The position numbers were made by a program, and so were the translations under genes. A stretch of 64,000 bases of DNA from an uncultured Fidelibacterota bacterium (GTDB lineage Bacteria > Fidelibacterota > Marinisomatia > Marinisomatales > UBA1611), in assembly GCA_913040915.1 (NCBI GenBank), contig CAJWHW010000004.1, positions 1-64,000 of the forward strand, given 5' to 3'. Under the pieces are notes generated by a model. The model was not told the DNA's origin. It worked only from the letters and a program-made list of their open reading frames with translations, and did no database searches. Shown piece by piece: positions 50,570-61,184 of the stretch (within the stretch, counting starts at the first letter, position 1; each line of letters opens with the position of its first letter).

Positions 50570-51259
50570 TTGATTATTCATACTCCTGCCATTGTTTTAA
50601 ATTCATTCCCATATGGTGATACATCTCTAATTGCCAGATGTTTTACAAAAGACCAAGGTAAGGTAAGTCTAATTGTAAAAGGGGCCCGTACAAAAACCTC
50701 ACCGAAATCTGCCCAGTTTCAACCAATTAGTTTTATCGATATAATATATCACCAAAAATCAAATCGGGCATTACAAGTACTCTCTAAAGTTAATTTTCGG
50801 GAATCGTGGTCCAGAATTTTAGATGATTTAAAATCAGTCACACTAGCCATGGCTATTTTAGAAATGACGGAAAGAACAATCCATGATGATGATCCACATC
50901 CTGGGCTATTTTCAATACTTGTCGATGTACTGAGAGCTTATAACCATGGCGAAGTTGATCCAAATTTATTATTCTGGTTCTATGAATGTAGCTTGTTATC
51001 TCACTTAGGCTTCCAACCAAACTTGGACCAAAGAGAATTACCCGGAGTGATACTTCCTGATCCAAATCTAGGCCCTAATAGTGGAATTATTTTAGCGAGT
51101 CTTTTATCAGAAGATATAACGAAATTACCGAGAGAGGAGATTACTCCGATTGATTTGAAAATTATCAGCGATTATCTTTGGACATTACTTCGCTATCATT
51201 TTGACAATTTGGATAAAATGAAATCTATGGGGGTGGCTAGAAAAATTTTAAATAATTAA
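50570..51259 (+). CDS. recO: DNA repair protein RecO
   Basis: AIVL..FPYGDTSLI...FT...GK...IVKGAR OB-fold, LL..LGFQP. Confidence 0.88.
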   Translation: MIIHTPAIVLNSFPYGDTSLIARCFTKDQGKVSLIVKGARTKTSPKSAQFQPISFIDIIYHQKSNRALQVLSKVNFRESWSRILDDLKSVTLAMAILEMTERTIHDDDPHPGLFSILVDVLRAYNHGEVDPNLLFWFYECSLLSHLGFQPNLDQRELPGVILPDPNLGPNSGIILASLLSEDITKLPREEITPIDLKIISDYLWTLLRYHFDNLDKMKSMGVARKILNN

Positions 51260-51377
51260 ATATTCAATCATAATCTGATGTAAAAATGTACATCGAATTT
51301 ATATAAATTATATAAAGCTATAAATTGAAGCTATGGAACTATTTCCAAACCAATGAATTACTTAATTTCAAAAGCCT

Positions 51378-52205
51378 ATGAGATATCAATTTCAATCAAA
51401 CCCAAGCCAATTTTCATATAAACCATCAATATTTACAGATGCGATCAAGATACTTGTTTCTATAAATTTTGGTATATTTGTACTGCAAACCATCTCTGGT
51501 GCAGAGTCACTATTCTTTCCATTATTCGGACTGGTTCCTAAACTGGTCTGGTCCCAGTTTATGTTATGGCAGCCCTTCACTTATTTGTTTTTCCATGGAG
51601 GGGTTTGGCACGTACTCATTAATATGTTTGTACTATGGATGTTTGGTAGCGAATTAGAAAGGCTATGGGGTAAAGTTCATTTTTTGAGATTTTATTTTAT
51701 TACTGGCATTGGAGCAGGTCTGCTCACCATGCTTTTTGGCCTTGATTCAATAACGCCAATAGTTGGAGCCAGTGGGGCTGTTTACGGTATTCTTCTAGCA
51801 TATGGGCTTACTTATCCAAATCGAACAATTTATCTTTATGGAATCATTCCTATTAAATCATTATGGTTTATAATTGGTATTGGCACCATTGCTTTTATAT
51901 CGTCTTTTGATGGAGGCTCCCAAATAAGTCATCTTACACATTTATCGGGCATGGTAATAGGCTACTTTGTATTAAAAAAGCCTGTTCGTTTGAATGATCT
52001 TTGGTTCAGTATTCGCAAACGGACCATGGAATACAAAGTGCAACAACAAGAAAAAAAGTTCTCGGAACAGCAAGCCATCGAACTAGACATTGATCGAATT
52101 TTAGATAAGATCCACCGCGAAGGATTTGACAGTTTAAGTGAGGAGGAAAATGATCGTTTATACAAAGGCAGTCAATCCATCTCCCGTTCAAGGAAAAAAG
52201 ATTGA
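51378..52205 (+). CDS. Rhomboid intramembrane serine protease
   Basis: WQPFTY.F.H, H...NM, GASG, HL.G; C-terminal IDRILDKI domain. Confidence 0.92.
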   Translation: MRYQFQSNPSQFSYKPSIFTDAIKILVSINFGIFVLQTISGAESLFFPLFGLVPKLVWSQFMLWQPFTYLFFHGGVWHVLINMFVLWMFGSELERLWGKVHFLRFYFITGIGAGLLTMLFGLDSITPIVGASGAVYGILLAYGLTYPNRTIYLYGIIPIKSLWFIIGIGTIAFISSFDGGSQISHLTHLSGMVIGYFVLKKPVRLNDLWFSIRKRTMEYKVQQQEKKFSEQQAIELDIDRILDKIHREGFDSLSEEENDRLYKGSQSISRSRKKD

Positions 52206-52264
52206 TTCACTTTTTTGGGGACTTTCTTAATTTTACCTTCTATTAAATCTATTTTAATAAAAAT

Positions 52265-53188
52265 ATGGATAATCAAAAAGGCACAACTGATTTAGGGACT
52301 TTGATTGGTTTCTTAGCTGGCATAAGCATTATTGTGATTGGTGTTGTGCAAAGTGGTGGAAAATTATTTTGGTTTTTTAATTTTAATTCTTTGCTAATTG
52401 TTGTTGGTGGGACCTTTGCTGCTACTATGGTTAATCTTCCTTTAAAAGCAGTAGGCAATTTATTTAATATTTTGAAAAATGTTTTTAAAGGCGAAGATTA
52501 CAATTATGTTGGGACCATTAATGAAATTGTTGAAAAAGCACAAAAAGCTCGCAAAAATGGGTTACTTTCATTAGAAAAAGAATTGCCAAACATGCGTGAA
52601 GGGTTTTTTAAAAATGGGATTGAGTTAGCTATCAATGAAAGAGAATCTTCTCGTCTTCGAACCTTTTTGAATCTTGAAATGAATAATATTCAAAACAGGC
52701 ATATAGCTGGGCAGGAATTATTTCTTTATATGGGGTCCTATGCACCGGCATTTGGAATGTTAGGAACTGTATTAGGTCTTATTGTAATGATGAACAATTT
52801 TGCAGGCGGTGAAATCACTACTGCAATGGCAACATCTTATGATATAGCAGATCGTTTTGCAGAATTATTATCCGGGATGGGTTTAGCTTTAATAACAACC
52901 TTCTATGGTGTATTTATGGCTAACATGATTTTTCTCCCAATTGGCGGGAAACTCAAACGGCGTTCCGAAAATGAAATGATGTTGAAAAGTATTGTTGTTG
53001 AAGGTATTATCAGTATTCATGCTCGAGAACATCCTATTTTAATTAAAGAGAAACTTCTGACATTTGTTCCTGCTTATGTACGCTATAAGCCCGAAGACAT
53101 TATAATTGAAGATAAACCTCAATCTTCCTTATCAGCCGTAAAGGAAAAACTAGAGGAAGAAAAAGTAAACAAAGACGAAGAAGGGTAA
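52265..53188 (+). CDS. MotA/PomA-like stator subunit
   Basis: DLGTLIG, IVVGGT, ARKNGLLSLE, APAFGMLGTVLGL, ALITTFYG...AN. Confidence 0.88.
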   Translation: MDNQKGTTDLGTLIGFLAGISIIVIGVVQSGGKLFWFFNFNSLLIVVGGTFAATMVNLPLKAVGNLFNILKNVFKGEDYNYVGTINEIVEKAQKARKNGLLSLEKELPNMREGFFKNGIELAINERESSRLRTFLNLEMNNIQNRHIAGQELFLYMGSYAPAFGMLGTVLGLIVMMNNFAGGEITTAMATSYDIADRFAELLSGMGLALITTFYGVFMANMIFLPIGGKLKRRSENEMMLKSIVVEGIISIHAREHPILIKEKLLTFVPAYVRYKPEDIIIEDKPQSSLSAVKEKLEEEKVNKDEEG

Positions 53189-53192
53189 TATT

Positions 53193-53927
53193 TTGACGCA
53201 ATTTCGTCAGCCTGTTTCCATGGATGAAAGGAAAGCTAAAGCTACTGCATGGGCATTAACATTTGCAGATATGGTCACATTATTGCTTACATTTTTTGTT
53301 TTATTGCTTGTAATTCTCAATGATGCGGAAAAACAGATTGATGCAGTTATTAATAAACTGTTGGATGATACTTATGAAAAAATGAATGATGATTTAAGCT
53401 CCGCTACTGTATCTGTTGATAGAGTCACAAAAGGTATTAAAATCACAATTCGTGGAAATTTATTTAAATCTACTGCAGCAGACGTTGAACCTGAATATTA
53501 TCCTGTAATACATCAAATTGGTAAAATTATTAGGGAATCAGAAGTAATCAATATATTTGATGATGCCGGTTATGCCAATATATTAGAATTAATTCATAAT
53601 CGAGGCTCTCAATTGAATGTGGAAGTACGGTGTGAAGGACATACAGATGATGAAAAATTACCACCAAATTCGGATTATCCTAGTAACTGGGAACTATCAG
53701 CAGCTAGGTCCTTGAATTTAGTGCGAATTATGAATAAATATGCTGCTATGCCTGAAAAATATTTTTCTGCCATGGGATATGGTGAATTCCGACCTATTAT
53801 TGATGTCGGTTCTATTCGTAATCCAGAAGAAAAGAGAAAAGCTCGAGCCATAAACCGTAGAGTCGAAATCTATTTAGATGCTTTCTTAAAGAAAAAGGTA
53901 TTATCAGAAATTAAAATAAACGTTTAA
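53193..53927 (+). CDS. MotB/PomB-like stator subunit with OmpA peptidoglycan-binding domain
   Basis: WALTFADMVTLLLTFFVLL (essential Asp), EGHTD, SNWELSAAR, GYGEFRP, NRRVEI. Confidence 0.9.
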   Translation: MTQFRQPVSMDERKAKATAWALTFADMVTLLLTFFVLLLVILNDAEKQIDAVINKLLDDTYEKMNDDLSSATVSVDRVTKGIKITIRGNLFKSTAADVEPEYYPVIHQIGKIIRESEVINIFDDAGYANILELIHNRGSQLNVEVRCEGHTDDEKLPPNSDYPSNWELSAARSLNLVRIMNKYAAMPEKYFSAMGYGEFRPIIDVGSIRNPEEKRKARAINRRVEIYLDAFLKKKVLSEIKINV

Positions 53928-53939
53928 AATTTATTACTT

Positions 53940-54299
53940 CTAAGGTTTTTCAGTTATTTTTGGTATTACTTTAAAAACTTTTTCTCCTGGCTTTGCCATC
54001 CTAAATCGTTCACGGGCCAATTTTTCAATATATTCTAGATCATTCTCCAATCTGTTTTTTTCAGCGATAAGTGTTTCCCTATTGGCCCTCAATTCACCAA
54101 TTTTTTTCTGAATTTGCACTCTTTCTTGTTTAAGTGTATAAAGTTGGAATAGCCCGTGGTCTCCAAAAATGAAAATGATCAGTAATGTGATACCTATCAA
54201 TAACAATATACCGCGCACGAATTGACGCTGTGTTTCAGCAATTTGGTATTTAATTGTTTTTGGTTCGCCTTGTCTTTTCATTTTTGAATATTGTATCAT
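53940..54299 (-). CDS. ftsB: Septum formation initiator (FtsB/DivIC family)
   Basis: TM helix, FGDHGL, coiled coil, IEKLARE...M.KPGE; follows eno. Confidence 0.85.
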   Translation of the reverse strand: MIQYSKMKRQGEPKTIKYQIAETQRQFVRGILLLIGITLLIIFIFGDHGLFQLYTLKQERVQIQKKIGELRANRETLIAEKNRLENDLEYIEKLARERFRMAKPGEKVFKVIPKITEKP

Positions 54300-55585
54300 T
54301 TAGAATGCCCTAGAACATCGATTGTGGCAAACCTTGCTGATGTCCCTAATTCTTCCTCAATTCTTATAAGCTGATTGTATTTACAAACCCTATCCGTGCG
54401 AGAAGCAGAGCCAGTTTTGATTTGCCCCATGCCCATGGCAACAGCGAAATCTGCAATAGTAGTATCTTCTGTCTCACCAGATCGATGAGAAATTATTGCA
54501 CCGTATTCTGCGTTTCTTGCCATTTCCACAGCTTGAATTGTTTCTGTTACAGTACCAATTTGATTTAGTTTGATAAGGATCCCATTCATACTATTTTCAT
54601 TAATAGCACGTTCTAAGCGATTAATATTAGTAACCGTCAAATCATCTCCAACAATTTGAATTTTTTCTCCAAATTCTGATGTAAAATAATTCCACCCTGA
54701 CCAATCATCTTCATGCAGGCCATCTTCAATAGAAACGATAGGGTACTTGGTAGCTAAGCTCCCAAGATATTGCACCATTTCTGTAGATGAAAGTGATTTA
54801 CCTTCAGATTCTAAATGATACTTTCCATCCTTATATAATTCACTAGCTGCTACATCCAATGCTATATACAGATCTTTTCCTGATTTATATCCTGATTTTA
54901 CAATTGCCTCTAATATTACCTCAATAGCTTCTTCGTTAGATGATAAATTAGGTGCAAAGCCTCCTTCATCTCCAACTGCTGTATTCATTTCTTTAGATTT
55001 GAGTACGGATTTCAAACAGTGAAAAACTTCTGTTCCCATCTGCAGAGCCTCAGAAAATGTATTTGCACCAAATGGGAAAATCATAAATTCCTGGATATCT
55101 ACTGTATTATCTGCATGACTGCCACCATTAAGAATATTCATCATGGGAACAGGAAGTATTCTTGCTTTGTCTCCGCCTAAATAATGGTAAAGAGGTCGAC
55201 CTGTTACTTTTGCGCCAGCGTGTGCAGCAGCCATTGATACACCCAATAATGCATTAGCTCCAAGGTTGGATTTATTATCTGTGCCATCTAATCGAATCAT
55301 TAATTGATCTATTTCTACTTGATTAGTTACATCCATACCTTTCAGTGCACTAGCTATAGTAGAATTAATATGTGTAATTGCAGATCGTACGCCTTTACCC
55401 ATATATCTTTTATGATCGCCATCCCGCATTTCAATAGCCTCATGATCACCAGTGGATGCACCTGAAGGGACTGCCGCCCGCCCTAAAATATTATTTGTGA
55501 GAAAAATATCAACCTCTACGGTTGGATTCCCGCGAGAATCTAATATCTCGCGGGCATGGATTTTTTCAATAGCAGAATTCAACAA
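54296..55585 (-). CDS. eno: Enolase
   Basis: [38 protein letters not shown]. Confidence 0.98.
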   Translation of the reverse strand: MLNSAIEKIHAREILDSRGNPTVEVDIFLTNNILGRAAVPSGASTGDHEAIEMRDGDHKRYMGKGVRSAITHINSTIASALKGMDVTNQVEIDQLMIRLDGTDNKSNLGANALLGVSMAAAHAGAKVTGRPLYHYLGGDKARILPVPMMNILNGGSHADNTVDIQEFMIFPFGANTFSEALQMGTEVFHCLKSVLKSKEMNTAVGDEGGFAPNLSSNEEAIEVILEAIVKSGYKSGKDLYIALDVAASELYKDGKYHLESEGKSLSSTEMVQYLGSLATKYPIVSIEDGLHEDDWSGWNYFTSEFGEKIQIVGDDLTVTNINRLERAINENSMNGILIKLNQIGTVTETIQAVEMARNAEYGAIISHRSGETEDTTIADFAVAMGMGQIKTGSASRTDRVCKYNQLIRIEEELGTSARFATIDVLGHSK

Positions 55586-55700
55586 TTACTCCTGTAAATT
55601 ATATGACCAAATTAGAAATAGTGATAACCACCATTCAATAGGAATAACATTTAATTGAGATTTTGGAACAAGTAAAAAATTACTCCATTAAACTAGATTC

Positions 55701-56666
55701 ATGTTCGAATTAAAATCATATAATCAAAAAGAAGAATCCCAGTGGGATGATTTTGTGGGAAAAAGTAATAATGGAACCATATTTCATCTCCGCCGATTTT
55801 TAAATTATCATCCGAAAGGTCGTTTCAAAGACCAAAGTATTTTAATAGAGAAAAAGGGGAAGTTATTTTCAGTATTACCAGCTGTAGAGCATGATTTACA
55901 AGGCTCCAAGTATTTAATTTCTCACCCTGGTTCAACAGTAGGATCATTTGTTGTGGCAGAGAATTTATCTATAGCCGATGCAATGGAGATAGTATCACTT
56001 TTGATAGAATTTGCGAAAAAGAATAATTTTGATGGTGTTCGTATTACTTTACCACCAGTACTTTACCAAAGGCGTTTATCCCATTATTTAGATTTTGCTT
56101 TTTTCAAATCAGGATTTAAATATTTAAAAAGAGATTTGACCAGTATACTTTTTTTAGAAAACTCATTGCAGCAAAACCTAGATAAGTTTAGATCATCTCA
56201 TAAAAGAGCAGTACGAAATGCAGAGTCAAAAGGAGTACTTGTAAAGAAGACAAATGATTTTGCTACTTTCTATAAAATATTAGAGAAAAATCTGAATATT
56301 AGACATGGTGTTACTCCTACTCATAATTTAAATGAATTATTGGATCTTCATCAGCGATTCCCTGAAAGAATCAATTTATTTGGTGCATTTATTAATAATC
56401 AAATGGTAGCAGGTGTTGTGAATTTTATAGTAAATAAACAGGTCGTATTAGCTTTCTATATCAGCCATGATGAATCATTTAAAGATTACCGAGCCGTTAA
56501 CTTGCTATTTTTTTCTATTTTTGATTGGGCAATTCAACAAAAGTTCAAGATTTATGATTTTGGCATTTTTACAGTAAATGGTGAACCGAATATGGGGCTA
56601 GGTAGGTTTAAGGAAAATTTTGGTTCCAGCGGTATTTTCAGAGATACGATCGAAATTAAACTTTAA
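55701..56666 (+). CDS. FemAB-like GNAT-fold protein in glycan locus
   Basis: NGTIFH.R.FLNYH, KRAVR.A, YDFG, GL..FKENFG. Confidence 0.8.
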   Translation: MFELKSYNQKEESQWDDFVGKSNNGTIFHLRRFLNYHPKGRFKDQSILIEKKGKLFSVLPAVEHDLQGSKYLISHPGSTVGSFVVAENLSIADAMEIVSLLIEFAKKNNFDGVRITLPPVLYQRRLSHYLDFAFFKSGFKYLKRDLTSILFLENSLQQNLDKFRSSHKRAVRNAESKGVLVKKTNDFATFYKILEKNLNIRHGVTPTHNLNELLDLHQRFPERINLFGAFINNQMVAGVVNFIVNKQVVLAFYISHDESFKDYRAVNLLFFSIFDWAIQQKFKIYDFGIFTVNGEPNMGLGRFKENFGSSGIFRDTIEIKL

Positions 56667-56671
56667 TAATA

Positions 56672-58105
56672 ATGTCACTAAAAAGTCTTGGTAAGCAGTC
56701 ACTCATTTATGGATTGGGCCATATTATATCCCGATTAGTTACATTCCTTTTATTACCGCTTTATACGAATGTTTTTACAACGGAAGAATACGGTGTTGTT
56801 GCACTTTTCTACACTTTTCTGGGATTCATGAATGTTATTATGAGATATGGATTAGGTGCAGCTTTTTTAAAATATTATGTTCCAGCAAGTCCTAATGATA
56901 GAAATGCTGTTTTATCCAATGTTATTACTTCGCTGGTGATGACGGGAATTCCATTTTTGATTATTTGGCATTTTGCAAATGAATTACTTTCTCCAATAAT
57001 ACTTGGAATCAATGAGCCAAGTTACATATCCATCATGGGAGTAATTATAGTTGTGGATACAATTTGGTCAATTCCCTTGTTGGGCTTTCGCGCTGAAAAT
57101 CAACCATTATTGTTTACAGCATATAGTTTACTTAATGTAGGTATTACTATAGGATTAAATCTTTTTTTGATATTAAAAATGGGCTTAGGGATTAAAGCTA
57201 TTTTCTATAGTAATTTGACTGCTTCTATCATAGTTCTGATATTGTGCCTTCCTTTTATTTGGAAACGATTTGTTATTGCAGATATTTCCTTCAATCTCTG
57301 GAAAAAGATTCTTTCTTTTGCTGTCCCTTTTTTGCCTGCAGGGCTTTTTTCTATGACTATGGAACTAGCTGATAGATATATTCTAAAAATGCTTACAGAT
57401 CTTTCAACAGTTGGTATTTATAATGCTGGGTATAAAGTTAGTATGTTAATGATGCTCGCAGTGACTGCTTTTAATTATGGTTGGCAACCTTATTTTTTGG
57501 AAGAAGGAAAACAAGGAGAAAAAAATCAATTATTTAGCAGGATCACCACTTTTGTTGTAGCAATATTGGGATTTATTTGGCTTCTTTTGGTATTGTGGGC
57601 TGATGATTTTATAAAAATAAAAATTATGGGGTATTCATTTTTAGGAGAAGATTTTCAATCTTCTCTTTCAATCGTTCCTTGGATAGGACTGGGATATGTA
57701 TTTTATGGGTTTTATGTGCTACAAACTCCTGGATTATTTTTAAAAAACCGTCCTGGGGTTGCAGCCTGGACACGGGGAGTAGGCGCAGTGACGAACATTA
57801 TACTGTGTTTTTTACTAATTCCTCATTATGGTGCAAAAGGTGCTGCAGTAGCAACTTGCTTTTCTTTTATGGCTATGTTTATCATGATTTATCTGATGAA
57901 TACAAAATTATATCCAATTGATTTGGAATGGAGCAAGTTAACTGCTATCGGTATCATGATGTTTTCTGGATATTTTGCTTCTCTACTCTTAAATGATCAT
58001 TGGGGAGTTAATCTGATAATTACAGCACTTTATCCGATTCTTGTTTTATCATCAAAACTGATAAAAACAGGTATGGTCGCAGAAATGATTGGTGATGATG
58101 AATGA
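56672..58105 (+). CDS. Wzx-like oligosaccharide flippase (MOP superfamily)
   Basis: SLIYG, FLLLPLYT...T.EEYG, DRYIL, VGIYNAG, LIPHYG..GAA.AT. Confidence 0.9.
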   Translation: MSLKSLGKQSLIYGLGHIISRLVTFLLLPLYTNVFTTEEYGVVALFYTFLGFMNVIMRYGLGAAFLKYYVPASPNDRNAVLSNVITSLVMTGIPFLIIWHFANELLSPIILGINEPSYISIMGVIIVVDTIWSIPLLGFRAENQPLLFTAYSLLNVGITIGLNLFLILKMGLGIKAIFYSNLTASIIVLILCLPFIWKRFVIADISFNLWKKILSFAVPFLPAGLFSMTMELADRYILKMLTDLSTVGIYNAGYKVSMLMMLAVTAFNYGWQPYFLEEGKQGEKNQLFSRITTFVVAILGFIWLLLVLWADDFIKIKIMGYSFLGEDFQSSLSIVPWIGLGYVFYGFYVLQTPGLFLKNRPGVAAWTRGVGAVTNIILCFLLIPHYGAKGAAVATCFSFMAMFIMIYLMNTKLYPIDLEWSKLTAIGIMMFSGYFASLLLNDHWGVNLIITALYPILVLSSKLIKTGMVAEMIGDDE

Positions 58106-58989
58106 ATGGGCTTCAACCTAATTTTTTTATTATAGGAGCACCAAAGTGCGGTACCACATCCATGTCAGTGTATTTATCGAGTCATCCTGATATCATTATT
58201 TCCAATCCAAAGGAACCACATTATTTCAGCAAAGATATTAATAACGGTGGTATCCGTAAAATGCAAGAGTACTTAGATTGTTTTTCATCAGTAGATAAAA
58301 AGGCCAATGCTATTGGGGAAGCATCAACGCTTTATCTTTATTCAAAAGTTGCGGTTCCAAATATATTGGCTTTTAATAAAGATGTTAGATTCATAGTTAT
58401 GCTTAGAAATCCTAAAGAAGTTGCTTATTCTTATCATCAGCTTGCATTAAAAATGTTTGGTGAAACAGAAACAAATTTTGAAACAGCATGGGATTATTTA
58501 GATGACAGGCAAGAAGGTAAACATGTGCCAGCCGGCTGCCCAGATAATAAATTAATTTGTTATGGTAACATTGCAAAATTTGGAGAGCAAATAGAACAGT
58601 TGCTTTCAATAGTGGATCATAAAAAAGTACATTTTATAATTTTTGAAGATCTGGATAAAAATCCAAAAAAAGAATTTCAAAGTGTACTTGAGTTTTTAAA
58701 TCTAGATTCACACTACCAGACAAACTTTGTAATTCATAATCCAACTCAAACTATCAAAAATTTATTTGTTACAAAAATGATAAATAAAGCTTTCGGGATG
58801 AAAAAAGCTTTGGGTATTACAAAGCAATTCGGTATTGCAAATAAAATTCATTCATCAAATATTAAACAGGGAAAACATAAGTTGTTAGATAATCAACTGT
58901 TAATCAAAATGAATGAATTTTTTCATGATGACATTCAGTTATTATCAACTCTGTTAGATAAAGATTTTACTCATTGGCTAAAAAATTAA
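58102..58989 (+). CDS. PAPS-dependent sulfotransferase
   Basis: PNFFIIGAPKCGTTS, KEPHYF, GEAST.Y, LRNP...AYS. Confidence 0.92.
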   Translation: MNGLQPNFFIIGAPKCGTTSMSVYLSSHPDIIISNPKEPHYFSKDINNGGIRKMQEYLDCFSSVDKKANAIGEASTLYLYSKVAVPNILAFNKDVRFIVMLRNPKEVAYSYHQLALKMFGETETNFETAWDYLDDRQEGKHVPAGCPDNKLICYGNIAKFGEQIEQLLSIVDHKKVHFIIFEDLDKNPKKEFQSVLEFLNLDSHYQTNFVIHNPTQTIKNLFVTKMINKAFGMKKALGITKQFGIANKIHSSNIKQGKHKLLDNQLLIKMNEFFHDDIQLLSTLLDKDFTHWLKN

Positions 58990-59960
58990 ATATAGGTTTT
59001 ATTGGCGGTACTGGGCGCTGTGGCACATCTATTTTACGCAGAATTATAGCTTCCCATTCTCAGGTTGCGACCTTGCCGACTGAATACAAGATTACTATAG
59101 AGCCAGAAGGAGTCATAGATTATTACAATAGTTTTTCTAGTAGCTGGTCTCCCTATTTAGCAGATCAAAAACTAAAAAGATTAGAATCCTTTTTATACTC
59201 CCTTTCATCTAAATCAATAGTAGATAAGTCAATTCATTATTTATTAAGAATATTTTCAATATTTGGAATACCAATTACACCAAAAGTGTATTTAGATTTA
59301 GAACTTAGTAGATCAATACCTTCATACTTACATCATGTAGACACTTTAATTAATGAGCTAACAGACTTTACGTATTCTGCTAATAGATTGGGTATGGATA
59401 GTTACACATTACATCCAAAGATTAGATATGCTTCATTTGCAACCAAATCAGAACTCCAACCAGTTTTTAAAAAATTTATTTCAAATCTTATTAAAGATTT
59501 TTTAAAGCACCAGAAAAAAGATTTTTTTATAGAAGATAACACATGGAATATTCTCTTTGCTAATGATTTGTTACAAATTTTACCTGATGCAAAATTTATT
59601 TCGATTATCCGAGACCCAAGAGATGTAGTCACTTCGCTTGCAAACCAACCATGGATGCCAAATGATAAAAGTAAAGTAGCAATCATATATAATGATATAA
59701 TGTCCCATTGGCTTGAGATCCAAACAAAGTTACCAGTGAATCGTTGGATACAGATTAAATTGGAAGATTTAACCCGTACACCGGAAAAGGAGTTAAAAAA
59801 TATCTGTTCTTTCTTAGAGCTTCCATGGGAAGCTCAGTTACTTGAAATGGATTTAACAAAATCAAATTCAGGGCGATGGAAAAAAGAAATTCATAATCAC
59901 GAAACCAATCAGGTTTTGTCCCTACTACAAGAAAATATTGAATTATTGGGTTATGAATAA
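58974..59960 (+). CDS. PAPS-dependent sulfotransferase (second, divergent)
   Basis: FIGGTGRCGTS, HS, IRDPRDVV.S, EDL...PE, GRWK. Confidence 0.85.
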   Translation: MAKKLNIGFIGGTGRCGTSILRRIIASHSQVATLPTEYKITIEPEGVIDYYNSFSSSWSPYLADQKLKRLESFLYSLSSKSIVDKSIHYLLRIFSIFGIPITPKVYLDLELSRSIPSYLHHVDTLINELTDFTYSANRLGMDSYTLHPKIRYASFATKSELQPVFKKFISNLIKDFLKHQKKDFFIEDNTWNILFANDLLQILPDAKFISIIRDPRDVVTSLANQPWMPNDKSKVAIIYNDIMSHWLEIQTKLPVNRWIQIKLEDLTRTPEKELKNICSFLELPWEAQLLEMDLTKSNSGRWKKEIHNHETNQVLSLLQENIELLGYE

Positions 59961-61182
59961 GGCAAATGTTGCTCTTAGGGAATTCCCATTTCCTGCTCAT
60001 TGCGCGGTTGCAATATCCAGCGATATTGATAATGCAAGTTCTGTTGATTCTTTTAAAGAGATTATGAATTATTTTAATAGTTCATCTAATACAATCTTTG
60101 GTAATGGCTTAGGGTTAGAAGTTGGAAACAGTTTTTGGTTTTATACAAACTCAAACAAACCGCAACTTTCATATTTTGAAGGTATCACAACCAGAAAAAG
60201 TAAATTTGCACCTATCATTCGTGAATTATGGAAGAGTGGCCATATTGATACGATGCATTCTTGGGGTAATTTTGACTTGGGTGGCTTCGATAGAAGCCTG
60301 GCAGATGCTGGATTGAATGAGCTGCAAAAATGTTCAACAAAGATCCCTGTTTGGGTCAATCACGGAGTTGGTTTAAATCTTCAAAAACTAGGTAACTACC
60401 CTAATATGAAAGGAGATGATCCTAGTCATGATGCATATCATTTAGATCTATCGGTTGAAGCTGGTTGTGAGTATTTCTGGATCGGGAAAACAACCCATAT
60501 CATTGGTCAAAATTCACACCCATCAATAACAAACAAATTAAAATTAGGATTACAATGGCTTATTAAACGCACAAAATATTACGGGACTAAAGATCCAATA
60601 TATGATGATGGGAATGAACTTCTTTTTCCAATTGAATTTCGTGATGGTCGGAAAATGTGGGAGTTTATTCGATTTATTAATGCTTGGGGACAAGAACATA
60701 TTTTAGATATTAATGAACTTACCAAACAGTTGAATCCTAGTATTATCAAAAGGCTCATAAAAAACCAAGGTTATATGATATTGTATACACATCTCAATGA
60801 ACATGTTGATTTAGCGGGCTTGCCACAGTCATTAGTCAAAAATTTATTTTATTTACAAGAACATGTTGTGAATGGCAATATATTGATGGGGACGACATCC
60901 AGAATCCTTAAATACAAAGAAATCCGAGATTATCTATCTTACAAGATTGTTGAAACTGATAATGAAGTTAAAATTGAAGTTCAGGACTTTATAGAAACTC
61001 CAATTGGGGTCAAAAAAATTCAAGAGAATCAATTAATGGGAGTCACCTTCTATTGTGATACTCCGGAAAAAACCACCATATTACTGGGAAAAACCAAATT
61101 AGATTTTAAAATTAACCCTAAAGATGAGACAGGCAGACAGTCCATATCAATACCTTGGCAAAATCTGATTTATCCTAGTTAA
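59953..61182 (+). CDS. Hypothetical protein, polysaccharide deacetylase-like fold
   Basis: FPFP...A.AISSDID, H.DTMHSWG, WVNHG, YTHL metal-binding-like motifs. Confidence 0.55.
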   Translation: MNKANVALREFPFPAHCAVAISSDIDNASSVDSFKEIMNYFNSSSNTIFGNGLGLEVGNSFWFYTNSNKPQLSYFEGITTRKSKFAPIIRELWKSGHIDTMHSWGNFDLGGFDRSLADAGLNELQKCSTKIPVWVNHGVGLNLQKLGNYPNMKGDDPSHDAYHLDLSVEAGCEYFWIGKTTHIIGQNSHPSITNKLKLGLQWLIKRTKYYGTKDPIYDDGNELLFPIEFRDGRKMWEFIRFINAWGQEHILDINELTKQLNPSIIKRLIKNQGYMILYTHLNEHVDLAGLPQSLVKNLFYLQEHVVNGNILMGTTSRILKYKEIRDYLSYKIVETDNEVKIEVQDFIETPIGVKKIQENQLMGVTFYCDTPEKTTILLGKTKLDFKINPKDETGRQSISIPWQNLIYPS

Positions 61183-61184
61183 AA

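Noticed and set aside
52265..53927. Zorya (ZorAB) anti-phage system
   Set aside because: No long ZorA tail, no zorC/D/E, and housekeeping context; motifs are flagellar-stator type.
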